Made by a program: the position numbers and the translations under genes
Notes under the pieces: model-generated
Told to the model about the DNA's origin: nothing
Database searches by the model: none
The model's input: the letters and a program-made list of their open reading frames with translations, nothing else
Shown: in pieces, positions 10,310 to 19,757 of the stretch
Numbering within the stretch: the first letter of the stretch is position 1
How the letters are laid out: each line of letters begins with the position of its first letter
Source of the DNA: an uncultured Armatimonadetes bacterium
GTDB taxonomy: Bacteria > Armatimonadota > UBA5829 > DTJY01
Direction of reading: 5' to 3'
NCBI GenBank assembly: GCA_963717145.1
Contig: OY970325.1
Location: forward strand, 3,488,001-3,552,000
DNA: 64,000 bases

Positions 10310-12527
10310 ATGCGCTATACATGGAGGACCTTGGCAATCGTCGCCGCCCTGGCTGCCGTGACGATGCTTTTCATCTCACATAACTTCGATGGCGGCGCCA
10401 TGCGTCTCGACCGGCGACGGCGGATGGGAGCACATGAAGCCCACACCGACGAGCCAGCAGTGGACGGCGGTACACTTCATCGACGACAAGACAGGTTGGG
10501 TAGTCGGCCCCCACTTCAACATGCTGAAGACCACCGACGGCGGCAAGAACTGGGCCCCGCAGGGATACACCCTCGACAAGTTCGCATACGACATCCATTT
10601 TTCCGACAAGGATCACGGCTGCGTGGTCGGCAGCGGAGGGAACGCCAATCCGGATGGCATCATCCTCAAGACGTCGAACGGCGGAGCCACATGGGAGAAG
10701 GTGCTCGACGGCAAGGTGGACGGCCTCCGATCGGTCTGTTTCGCGAACAACAACATCGGCTGGGCAGTCGGCGGGCAGACCAGCCGAGAGGGCATCATCC
10801 TGAAGACCACCGATGGGGGCGCAACGTGGTTCGAGCAGGACTGTCCGCTTTCTGTTTCCCTCAAGGCGCAAGACAAGCGGTCATTCGTAGGAGTATCGTT
10901 CCCGGATGAGAAGACCGGTTGGGTACTGGCAGGCGTCGGGGGGATGGTCCATCTCTACAAGACGAATGATGGAGGAATGACCTGGTCACACGCATCCCCC
11001 ACGGCCAAGGGATATCCCGTAGGTATCCAGTTCCTGGATGCCAACACCGGCTGGATTCTTGCCCACCAGGCCATCCTCCGGACGACCGATGGCGGCAGGA
11101 GTTGGACCGAGCACCAGTTCGCCGACGTCACTGATGGATGTCACTTCTCTGACGCGCTGAACGGCATCGTATTGATGAATTTCGGCAGCAAGGTGATGCG
11201 CACTCGAGACGGAGGAAAGACCTGGAACCTGGTAACGGGGGCGAAACCGTCCGGATTCAGCCCGGATGTCTGTATGGCCGACCAGAAGACCGGCTGGGTT
11301 GTGGGAGATCAGGTGATACTCCGAACATCTGATGGCGGCTCGACCTGGCAGTCCCAGACCACGCCTCACGGGGACAATGTATACGGTATTCACTACGTCA
11401 ACTCTAAGGTCGCCTGTGCCGTCGGTTACGCCCAGACCGAGTCCGGGCCCACTTGCCTCGTGCTCAACACTGAAGACAACTGGCTGACCTGGAGCCGGCA
11501 GCTTCTCCCGGTGAAGGGCGGGCTCTCCAAGCTCTATTTCGTAGATGCGAACACCGGCTGGGCATGCGGTCCAACCGGCATGATCGTCGCTACCAAAGAT
11601 GGTGGAAAGACCTGGCAGGCCCAGGATACCGGAACGGGCAGCGCTTTCGAGGGCCTGTATTTCCTCGATTCGCAGACCGGCTGGGCAATCGGTCAGGAAG
11701 GCGCGCTGGTAGCGACATCCGACGGCGGGGCGACCTGGACCAAGCTCAGCACCGGCACGATGGATGACATGGCCGGCGTGTTCTTCCTCGATAAGAACAC
11801 CGGTTGGATCAGTGGATTGAAAGGCCGAATAATGAAGACCACGGACGGCGGCAGAACGTGGAAGCGCCAGCCCACCGGCACGACGGCGGGCGTGTCCGAT
11901 GTCTTCTTTGCAGATGAGAGAACCGGCTGGGCCGCGGGAGATGGCACTATCGCGGAGAAAAGAGGCGGCATCCTGCTCAGGACCATCGATGGCGGCAACA
12001 CGTGGACCAAGCAGGATACCGGGATCAAGGATGGCGAGCCGAACACATTCTGGGTTATTCGGTTTCTCAACCAAAAGGAAGGCTGGATCGTGGGCGGCGC
12101 GTTGATTCATACTTCGGACGGCGGACGGAGCTGGAGACCCCAGGCTCCAGGGATGCTTGGGACCTGGGATGTGCAATTCGCCGATGAGGACAACGGATGC
12201 GCTGTTGGCCGGGATGAGATCGTTCGCACGACGACCGGCGGGCACCCGGGCGCGGTCTGGGCGAAGAAGCAGGCGGATGGGAAAGATGCCAACTTCGGGC
12301 ACCTGGTGGTCACGAAGAGGTCGGAGGGCTACCTCCTCGCCGAGCACCCGGACTCACGCATCGGCATCCACGTCAAGGCTTCGGATGCCAAGCCCAATGT
12401 CGGCGACTACATCTACATCCACGGCAAGATCGCCACCGAGGACGGCGAGAAGATCATCGCCGCCGACTCGATCGACATCATGTGCGCCGGATGGGGCATC
12501 CTGCCGGAGAAGGGTGCTGGGTTGTAG
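10310..12527 (+). CDS. Secreted Ycf48-like / BNR repeat beta-propeller protein, paralogue 2 (frameshift near 10385)
   Basis: The signal peptide MRYTWRTLAIVAALAA is in one frame and the body (STGDGGWE...) in another; colinear with paralogue 1. Confidence 0.85.
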
Positions 12528-12544
12528 GTGTTGGGTGTTGGGGG

Positions 12545-12610
12545 AACCGTTAGCCCTGAGTGTGCCGGTGAATGACGGCATGTAGTGAGGGCGGCCAGGC
12601 TACGGCTCAG
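12545..12610. repeat. Partial copy of the 10126 inverted-repeat element
   Basis: ACCGTTAGCCCTGAGTGTGCCGGTGAATGACGGCATGTA matches the left arm at 10126. Confidence 0.75.
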
Positions 12611-13641
12611 ACTTCTTCCAGCAGTTCGACTCGGCGCTTCATCTGAGATGACTTGTAGCCGGCGAGCAGTACCGTCAACGCCGCGAGTGCGTGCTCGGGG
12701 GTCACCAGGGGGTCGCGATCCTCGAGGATGCAGTCGAGGAAATCCCGGAGCATGTCGGTCGGCTGATCAACCTCTATGTCGTCCGCCGAGACCTCCCACT
12801 TGCGGCCACCGGTGAGCGAAACGGAGAGCTTCGACGGTGGGCTCGTGATGCGAAGCGCCCCATCGAGGCCGTAGACGTCCACACTGAACCCGCAGCCCGC
12901 ATAGTCCGGCGGCCACGCACTGAACCGAGCGGCCCCGGTGAGCGCAAGGTCGCCCGAGATGTCGTCCATGAACTCGATGCCGAGGAGGGACGTGTCCTCC
13001 GCCTTGTGGAGCGGCTCAATTGCGAACCGGGTGCAGATCGCGTTCACCGCGGCGATCTCCCCGATCAGGTAACGATAGAGATCCACGATCTCGGAGCCGC
13101 ATTCGACCATGATCCCGCCGCCGGCCTTGTCCCACGTGCCCTTCCAGTCGTGCCAGTCATTCATGCGGTCGTAGTCGTCCTTGATCAGCGAGCCGGTCAC
13201 CAGGTACACGTAGCCGAGTTCGTCGTTCTCGATGAGTTGCAGGGCCATCTGGTTGATGGGGTCATACCGCTGAGGGAGCGAGACGAACAGCCGGCCGGTG
13301 GATTCTTCGGACGCCTTGATCATCTCGAGCGCGTCGCGAACCGTGGTGGCGATCGGGGTCTCGCATATGACGTGCTTCCCGGCCTCGAAAGCGGCGAGGG
13401 CGATCGCGCTGTGAGTCGTGGGCGGCGATGCGATGAAGACCACGTCCACGCCGTCATCCACGACCAGGCGGTTGTAGTCGTTCACCGAGAAGCTGCAGCC
13501 GAACGTCGAGGCGAAAGCGTCCCGGGTCAGCCGGTCCGGATCGGCGACCGCAGTGATCCGCACGTCCGGGTATGCCGCCAGTTCCCGCGCGCGGCGCGTG
13601 CCGCTCCTCCCCGCCCCGACTATCCCAACATTCAGCGCCAT
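12607..13641 (-). CDS. Gfo/Idh/MocA family oxidoreductase
   Basis: VGIVGAG Rossmann motif, GKHVICETP, GGG motif. Confidence 0.9.
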   Translation of the reverse strand: MALNVGIVGAGRSGTRRARELAAYPDVRITAVADPDRLTRDAFASTFGCSFSVNDYNRLVVDDGVDVVFIASPPTTHSAIALAAFEAGKHVICETPIATTVRDALEMIKASEESTGRLFVSLPQRYDPINQMALQLIENDELGYVYLVTGSLIKDDYDRMNDWHDWKGTWDKAGGGIMVECGSEIVDLYRYLIGEIAAVNAICTRFAIEPLHKAEDTSLLGIEFMDDISGDLALTGAARFSAWPPDYAGCGFSVDVYGLDGALRITSPPSKLSVSLTGGRKWEVSADDIEVDQPTDMLRDFLDCILEDRDPLVTPEHALAALTVLLAGYKSSQMKRRVELLEEV

Positions 13642-13728
13642 TGTGTCCCCTCTTGTTTCTAGCCCGTAAGCGAGGGTTCCAAACACCGACACAGCGCTTT
13701 GTGTGTGAGTATGGGAGTGGAAGACTGG

Positions 13729-14481
13729 TCAGTCCGCGGCGAGCGCTTCGAGGACGTCTTCGTCGATGTCGAAGTTCGAGTAGGCCTGCTGCACATCGTC
13801 GAGGTCCTCAATCTGGTCCATCATACGGAGCACCTGGGTTGCTTCCTTGCCTTCGAGCTTGACCATGTTCTTCGGCACCATGGTGGTCTCGGCGCTGATG
13901 AACTCGATCCCCGCGTCGATCAGTGCCTGGCGCACGTTCGGGAGGTCTTCGATCGATGATAGCACCTCGTATGTATCGCCTTCGGTGCTGATGTCATCCG
14001 CGCCGGCATCGAGAGCCGCCAGCATGAGGGTGTCCTCGTCGATCTTGTCCTTCTCGATCGTCACGATCCCCTTGGGGTCGAACATCCAGGCCACGCAGCC
14101 CGACTCGCCGAGACTCCCACCGTTCTTGGTGAACGCGGCCCGCAACTCGGCGACGGTACGATTGCGGTTGTCGGTCAGGCAGTTGACCATGACCGCCACG
14201 CCGCCGGGACCGTATCCCTCCCAGATGATCTCTTCGAAGTTGGCGCCGTCGACGTCACCGCTTCCACGCTGGATCGCGCGTTTGATGTTGTCGGCGGGCA
14301 TGCTGTTCTCTTTTGCCTTCTGGATGGAGAGCTTGAGGCGGTTGTTGGCATCCGGGTTGCCGCCGCCTTCACGGGCCGCGACGATGATCTCGCGCGCAAG
14401 TTTGGTGAAGACCTTGCCGCGCTCGGCGTCCTGTTTGCCTTTTCGAAGCTTGATATTATGCCACTTGGAATGACCTGACAT
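13729..14481 (-). CDS. yebC: YebC/PmpR family protein
   Basis: MSGHSKWHNIK, EGYGPGG, TDNRNRT. Confidence 0.97.
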   Translation of the reverse strand: MSGHSKWHNIKLRKGKQDAERGKVFTKLAREIIVAAREGGGNPDANNRLKLSIQKAKENSMPADNIKRAIQRGSGDVDGANFEEIIWEGYGPGGVAVMVNCLTDNRNRTVAELRAAFTKNGGSLGESGCVAWMFDPKGIVTIEKDKIDEDTLMLAALDAGADDISTEGDTYEVLSSIEDLPNVRQALIDAGIEFISAETTMVPKNMVKLEGKEATQVLRMMDQIEDLDDVQQAYSNFDIDEDVLEALAAD

Positions 14482-14521
14482 GAGCGGAAACTCCCTCGAG
14501 ACACCCTTCGCCAATTCACCT

Positions 14522-14594
14522 GTCAAGGGCGAAGCATTGGCTGCCGATATCGCAGGCCTTCTCTGATGCGGAAAGCCAATGCTTCGCCCCTACA
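14522..14594. repeat. GTAG-type REP-like inverted repeat in the yebC 5' UTR
   Basis: GGGCGAAGCATTGGCT ... AGCCAATGCTTCGCCCCTAC. Confidence 0.8.
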
Positions 14595-14625
14595 ACAGAC
14601 CTCCGTGCAACGGAAATCGATTTCA

Positions 14626-14654
14626 AGTATAACATGACGAGGCTGACCCGTCAA
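14626..14654 (-). promoter_or_regulatory. Sigma70-type promoter of yebC
   Basis: Minus strand TTGACG-N17-TATACT with an extended TG. Confidence 0.7.
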
Positions 14655-14674
14655 ATCGCCGACAGATCGATCTG

Positions 14675-15121
14675 TCAAACTCGTCCGAGCAGCGACAAGA
14701 CGTGCACGCCGAACTCCGGGTCCATCACGCGGGTGGCCTCGATGCCGAGCAGTTCGATGATGACCACTTCGAGCACCAGGTAGACCGACATCGCGATCCG
14801 AGGACAGCCGATCATGACCTCTTCGTGATTGCCGATCCCGCCGTGGAAGTGGAGCGACGGCTTGTCATCGATCCAAACGAGCGTCCCGAAGCCGACGAGT
14901 TCCCGGGCGTCGTCGAACTCCTTGACGATCGGGACCACCGTGCCGTGGGTGCTCTCCGGCCCAGTGACGACCTTGCCGCTCCTCATGCCACCGACCGCCA
15001 TCACCGCGCCGACCCTGACGTTCTCCTTCGACGCGATCTCGCTCACCGCGTCGTATATCGACTCGCCGTCACTCAGCCGTGCGAGAAAAACTCGTCCCAA
15101 TGTGCCTTGTGCGTACTCCAT
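14675..15121 (-). CDS. PPC-domain (DUF296) protein
   Basis: ARLSDGE, AVGG, ELVGFGT and LHFH motifs. Confidence 0.85.
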   Translation of the reverse strand: MEYAQGTLGRVFLARLSDGESIYDAVSEIASKENVRVGAVMAVGGMRSGKVVTGPESTHGTVVPIVKEFDDARELVGFGTLVWIDDKPSLHFHGGIGNHEEVMIGCPRIAMSVYLVLEVVIIELLGIEATRVMDPEFGVHVLSLLGRV

Positions 15122-15221
15122 GTTGCCCCTCTCCGTGCCCTCTGTGCCTACGTGGTTCCCCACATCCAACTCCTCGGTTCTTTGCGGGCGAACTCGTTTC
15201 CTGCCGATGCCCGCTCGTCCT

Positions 15222-15264
15222 GAAACGAAAACGGCCTCGATGGGCTATCCCACCGAGGCCGTTC
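15222..15264 (-). terminator. Intrinsic terminator
   Basis: AACGGCCTCG/CGAGGCCGTT stem followed by TTTTCGTTT on the minus strand, about 20 nt past the 15285 stop. Confidence 0.75.
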
Positions 15265-15284
15265 GAATTGAGATGCAACAATCA

Positions 15285-16007
15285 CTATGAACCGGAGGCC
15301 GGTTCGGAGGCAACTTTCTCTGCCAGTTGATCCTTCCTCATCAGGCCGGCGACATCGGTTCCACGATGTGCGACGGAGTGCGCCTTGATGGTGAAGCTCT
15401 TGCTTACCATGAGCACTTTGAACCCCGCCTTGATCGACTGGTCGATGGTCATCACGCCGTCCTCGAGCTTCCACGTGCTCGAGGCGTCGCGAATCTTGCC
15501 ATTCTTCCCCAGGCCGAACGGCATCCCACTCACGTCGATCTTGCCATCGAGTTTACCGATGATCGAGCCGTCGTCGCCAACGGTCAGGACCTCGGTGAGC
15601 TTATGTTCCTGGTCCTTCGGCTGGTTGCTGACGAGTATCTTACCCTTGCCGGCGATGTCATTACAGACAGTTCCGTCCGCCTGGATGGTGGATGCCATCG
15701 TGGTCTCGCCGATGTTCAGGGGCTCGCCGGTCTTCGGATCGAGCCGGTAGTAGGTGAACTTCCCGGTGAACACATTGTCGCCGGTCTTTTCGAACTTGGC
15801 GTGAAAATACTTGTTGTCGGCGTCCTTGCCATCGGTGGTCTGCTGGCACGTGCCTATCCACTCTCCGGTCAAACTCTTGATGAAACCCACGGTCTTCTCC
15901 TGTTGAGCGCACGTGGCGCCGGACAATGCGGATGCGGCAAAAAGGAGGGCGAGTACGCCGATGGCCAGGTATGTAAATCGAGATGAGCTATGGTCGATGT
16001 GAGACAA
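15285..16007 (-). CDS. Secreted hypothetical protein (beta-rich)
   Basis: Signal-peptide-like N-terminus, AGGAGG RBS and its own terminator. Confidence 0.75.
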   Translation of the reverse strand: MSHIDHSSSRFTYLAIGVLALLFAASALSGATCAQQEKTVGFIKSLTGEWIGTCQQTTDGKDADNKYFHAKFEKTGDNVFTGKFTYYRLDPKTGEPLNIGETTMASTIQADGTVCNDIAGKGKILVSNQPKDQEHKLTEVLTVGDDGSIIGKLDGKIDVSGMPFGLGKNGKIRDASSTWKLEDGVMTIDQSIKAGFKVLMVSKSFTIKAHSVAHRGTDVAGLMRKDQLAEKVASEPASGS

Positions 16008-16244
16008 TTTCGAGTCCTCCTGATCTCATCTGTAAGACGGTCCTTTCAGAGTTCATGTTCCGAAGCAAGCATACCTCAAATCGCAGATATGCGCAAGTCA
16101 AACCCAGGTAGTCTACAGAATCTAGTACGATAGAAACGACCATCCGGCTCCCCGAAAAGTGAAAAACGCAAAATGCACCATGTGGAGTGCAAAGTTCAGC
16201 GCGAAGTTCCGATCGCCACCTGTCAGTGTTTCGTTGTCCATTCT

Positions 16245-18002
16245 TCATCTCCTGTCTTCCTGCTCTCTCCAAATCGGAGCGAGCACGTCCCAATCCGCAT
16301 CGGTGATCGGCTCCATCGTGCCGTCTACCGCCGTCAGGAAGTAGAGGCTCGGGACGCCGATGAGCGGCTGCATCTTCGTGTACCGAAGCCATTCGGTATG
16401 GCTCGGCGCGCTGGAGTTATCGCAGTCGATCAGCGCATGGGGACAGGCGATGTTGGCGATCCGCGCGCGGTGGATCATCATGTCCACCACCTCTCGGTCA
16501 CCGGCGTAGATGTCGTTCAGGCGGAGCATGTCCGTGCACTCGGCAAAGTACGGGTTCGCGGTGTGCGTCACCATCAGTGCGTCGGGCTTGGCGGCCTTGA
16601 GGGCGTTGTAGACCTGTTTCGCGAGCGACTTCTGCATCTCAATGCCCCAGATGCCGCTGCGTGTCCGAAATCCCTCGCCCACCGGAATGCCGGTCCAGTC
16701 GAACTTGATGCCGTCGGCATGGTAGCATCCCGGCTCGTCGGAGATCATTCGGTGGATCATGGACCGGATGCGTTCCTGGTACACCGGGCTCGACGGATCG
16801 GCACAGACAGTCCGGCCTTCACGGTCCTTGACGGTTTCCTCGGTGGAGAGTCCCTCGGGGTTCCACGCGCCGAACCAGAGCAGCACGTGGAGGCCTTCTT
16901 CGTGCCGCGCATCGATCCAGCCGCGCAGGTCCGGCCACTTGGCGGTCTCTACTTCGCATGTCCCATACTCATTCTGCCACTTATCGTCGATGACGATAAT
17001 GCCGGGTTTGAGCATTTTCGCTCGTATGATTGCCAGAAAACCGTCGTACATCTCCTGAGTAGCCAAGTCCTGGGTCGTCACTGGAGGGCGAAGCTCCGTC
17101 TGAGCCAAGCGTCGGGGCGGCTCAGACGGAGCTTCGCCCTCCAGGGTGCGAGGTGGGAATTCCAGTTTCACGCGCTGGATGCCCTGCTCGCCCCAGCCGC
17201 AGAAGATCGGCTTCGACCACCAATGGGCCTGAGGTGGGCGGTTCGGCATCACCAGGCCACGATCCCTCAACCCATCGCAGTGCTGCCGGATCGCCTCGTA
17301 CTCGTCGCTCGCCGGATGGAAGACGAACTCGGGCGACTTCCATTCGCCGTCGACCTCGGTCATGCCGTCATAGGTGAGCCTGAAATGGAAGGAGTTCGGC
17401 GCAGTGATGTACTCGAAGCGGGAGAAGCCGTATTGCCCGGGTTCCGGCGCGACTCCCGCTCCGAGCCATGGCCCGCTGTTGAACCCGAGGCTGTAGCAGA
17501 GTGGCGGAGGCGTGAAGATCCAGTGCATCAGGGCATGCTTGTCGGTCGGCTCGTCGGACATCCGGCCGCTGCTGGCGTCGATGCAGCCGTACTGCATCGA
17601 CTTGTAGTACCGCTGATCGAGGAGCGAGCACTCCGGTGTGAAGTACCGCGAGAAGTCGAAGAACGACCACTTCTGCTGATCGTCCGTGCCGCCGTTGAAG
17701 TACCGCAGGCTGCGGAGCGTCTGCCGGCCATTCACCCAGACCTGGTATCGAATCGAATGCGGATCCAGGCGCAGGGTGTAGACCTTCTCATCCCAGAGCG
17801 CGCTCGTCGCATGCCAGGTGATGTCCGCGCCGTCGGTTCCTCGAACGATCTGCGGACTCGAGAGCGATTCATCGAGGTCCGACGCCTCGGTGCTGTCGAG
17901 CGACGAACCGACCTTCAGGACCGCATAGCGCCTGCCGTCGAGAGATATGGAGATCTTGTCGTCCGTGACCTGAGCGGAATAGCGGTCGAAATCGATGAGC
18001 AT
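16245..18002 (-). CDS. Glycoside hydrolase, GH31/GH36-like TIM barrel, carrying an in-frame palindromic repeat
   Basis: IFCGWG, IVIDDKWQ and ADGIKFD motifs. Confidence 0.75.
   Translation of the reverse strand: MLIDFDRYSAQVTDDKISISLDGRRYAVLKVGSSLDSTEASDLDESLSSPQIVRGTDGADITWHATSALWDEKVYTLRLDPHSIRYQVWVNGRQTLRSLRYFNGGTDDQQKWSFFDFSRYFTPECSLLDQRYYKSMQYGCIDASSGRMSDEPTDKHALMHWIFTPPPLCYSLGFNSGPWLGAGVAPEPGQYGFSRFEYITAPNSFHFRLTYDGMTEVDGEWKSPEFVFHPASDEYEAIRQHCDGLRDRGLVMPNRPPQAHWWSKPIFCGWGEQGIQRVKLEFPPRTLEGEAPSEPPRRLAQTELRPPVTTQDLATQEMYDGFLAIIRAKMLKPGIIVIDDKWQNEYGTCEVETAKWPDLRGWIDARHEEGLHVLLWFGAWNPEGLSTEETVKDREGRTVCADPSSPVYQERIRSMIHRMISDEPGCYHADGIKFDWTGIPVGEGFRTRSGIWGIEMQKSLAKQVYNALKAAKPDALMVTHTANPYFAECTDMLRLNDIYAGDREVVDMMIHRARIANIACPHALIDCDNSSAPSHTEWLRYTKMQPLIGVPSLYFLTAVDGTMEPITDADWDVLAPIWREQEDRR
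17081..17144. repeat. Intragenic perfect inverted repeat (26-bp arms, GGAGGGCGA family)
   Basis: CTGGAGGGCGAAGCTCCGTCTGAGCC and its reverse complement; intergenic relative at 39906-40004. Confidence 0.9.
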
Positions 18003-18121
18003 GGGCGATCCTCGTTGCGGGAGCATTCGGTATCGGCGACCGCAATCCCTTCAACAGGGAGAGTTAGAGGCTGTCATTCTGAGCGTGTTACCGCACTGCA
18101 TGCAGTCGTTTCCGTGAGAAA

Positions 18122-18209
18122 CCACCGTCAGTCCTAGATCCTGAACCAAGTTCAGGATGACCATGCGCTGTCATCCTGAACTTGGTTCAGGATCTAGGAC
18201 TGACGGTGG
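18122..18209. repeat. Perfect inverted repeat, 40-bp arms (GTCATCCTGAACTTGGTTCAGGATCT family)
   Basis: 18122-18161 versus 18170-18209, 8-nt loop; each arm is itself palindromic. Confidence 0.9.
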
Positions 18210-18269
18210 GGGGACTTTCTTAGGAGCATGTCAGTGCGCAGTACGCGCAGTTGTTTCCGCCAGAAAGTC

Positions 18270-18374
18270 CCGGAAGACCCCTCCCCAGCCCTCCCCGCAA
18301 CGGAGAGGGAGTTGCACGCGTTGGCAGAGGTACTCCCTCTCCGTTGCGGGGAGGGCTGGGGAGGGGTCTTCCGG
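18270..18374. repeat. Perfect inverted repeat, 43-bp arms (CCCCTCCCC..CCCTCCCC..GGAGAGGG family)
   Basis: 18270-18312 versus 18332-18374. Confidence 0.9.
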
Positions 18375-18447
18375 CTGCACAACTCGAAAAAACAGTTTAT
18401 ACTGTGACTATGCCCGCGTCTAACTGAATGGAAGCGGAGGGGAACGA

Positions 18448-19002
18448 TTGTCCGAATCGTCCGAGAACCTGGTCGGGTTGGCGACAAGAGGCGACGTCAG
18501 ATCATTCGACGCGCTGGTCTCGCTGCACCAGGACCGGGTACATGCCCTCGCTTATCGGATGCTGGGAGACGCTGAGGACGCGGCCGATGTCCAGCAGGAG
18601 ACCTTTCTCAGGGCGTGGCGGAACCTGCGCAAGTTCCGCGGAGACTCGCAGTTCGGGACGTGGCTGCATCGGATCACGGTGAACCTCTGCCTCTCCCGCA
18701 AGCGGCGGAAGGGCATCGTTTCCGAGCCGCTGGACGATCATGCTTCCGTGAAATCGAGCGAGCCGGGCCCGGTAGCCTCCCTGGAGCGGGCCGAAACGAT
18801 CGCGACCGTGCGCCGGGTGCTCGATGCGATGCCGGCCCACCACCGGGTGCTGATCGTTCTGCGAGACATGGAAGGGCGGTCCTATGAGGAGATCGCCTGC
18901 GTCCTGGGGTGCAGTATCGAGAGCGTGAGGACCCGCCTGCACAAGGCCAGGAAGCTCCTTCGCGAGAAGATGCGCCCGTATATCGAGGAGGAAAACACAT
19001 GA
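18448..19002 (+). CDS. ECF-family RNA polymerase sigma factor
   Basis: DAADVQQETFLRAW, FGTWLHRI, SYEEIA..LG..SVRTRLHKAR. Confidence 0.95.
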   Translation: MSESSENLVGLATRGDVRSFDALVSLHQDRVHALAYRMLGDAEDAADVQQETFLRAWRNLRKFRGDSQFGTWLHRITVNLCLSRKRRKGIVSEPLDDHASVKSSEPGPVASLERAETIATVRRVLDAMPAHHRVLIVLRDMEGRSYEEIACVLGCSIESVRTRLHKARKLLREKMRPYIEEENT

Positions 19003-19757
19003 AGTATCAGTGCGACCGAATAGCCGATGAGATATGGGACCACGCAGGGGAGGCCCTCCCCGCCAACATCGCCGAGCATATCGCGGGGTGTCCCGACTGC
19101 CGGCGAGTGGCGGATGACGCGAAGAAGCTCCTCCCGATGGTGCAGGAGGCATCCTGCGTGCCGGACGCGCCCGACTGCCGGTCAGCGGTGATGGAACGCA
19201 TCTCCCCGCGACCGGCGACCAAGCCGATCTGGGCGTATGCACTCGCCTCGATCGTCCTGGTGGCCGTGATCGTTACCGGACTGCTCTCGATGCGATCCGG
19301 CCCGAGGCAGACTGTCCCACAGATGGCGGATCAACCGAGGCAGGAGATCGTGAAGCCTCAGACTCCGATAGTCGAGAAGCCTGAGGTGTCTGCGCCGGTG
19401 GTTGAGACGCAGAAGACGGTGGTTCGGCAGCCGGACGATCGACGACCGAAGCACATGCGCACGGTGCCCAAGCGTACTCCGCCGCAGATCGTGAAGCAGT
19501 CTCCCAAGCAGAAGCCTGCGCCGGAGCAGACGCCGGCCCCGTCGCTGGAAATCGTCTCCTACGAGGACGCGCCGGTCGCCGCAGTCGCCGTCACCTGGCC
19601 GAGCACCGATCCTCAGTCCGATGGATGGTACGGCTACACAAACACCGACACCGCAACCGGCGAGATCACTACCTGTCGTGTCGAGCGAAGCGGCAATTCC
19701 GTGAGCATATATCTGGAATCGAAAGTGCCCGGTGACAACCCGGGCAAGGGGGCTTAG
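18999..19757 (+). CDS. Zinc-finger (ZAS) anti-sigma factor with one TM helix
   Basis: ATGA overlap with the sigma gene; HIAGCPDC (HxxxCxxC); TM helix; Pro-rich linker. Confidence 0.85.
   Translation: MKYQCDRIADEIWDHAGEALPANIAEHIAGCPDCRRVADDAKKLLPMVQEASCVPDAPDCRSAVMERISPRPATKPIWAYALASIVLVAVIVTGLLSMRSGPRQTVPQMADQPRQEIVKPQTPIVEKPEVSAPVVETQKTVVRQPDDRRPKHMRTVPKRTPPQIVKQSPKQKPAPEQTPAPSLEIVSYEDAPVAAVAVTWPSTDPQSDGWYGYTNTDTATGEITTCRVERSGNSVSIYLESKVPGDNPGKGA

Noticed and set aside
7910-12527. Diversity-generating retroelement explaining the near-identical 3' ends
   Set aside because: There is no reverse transcriptase in the window, the differences are not adenine-specific, and both copies are coding.
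16173-18137. Long antisense ORFs (also 6730-8286, 10986-12347, 30664-31914, 43050-43760, 61301-62587)
   Set aside because: These are shadow frames of well-supported genes in high-GC DNA and contain no recognisable motifs.
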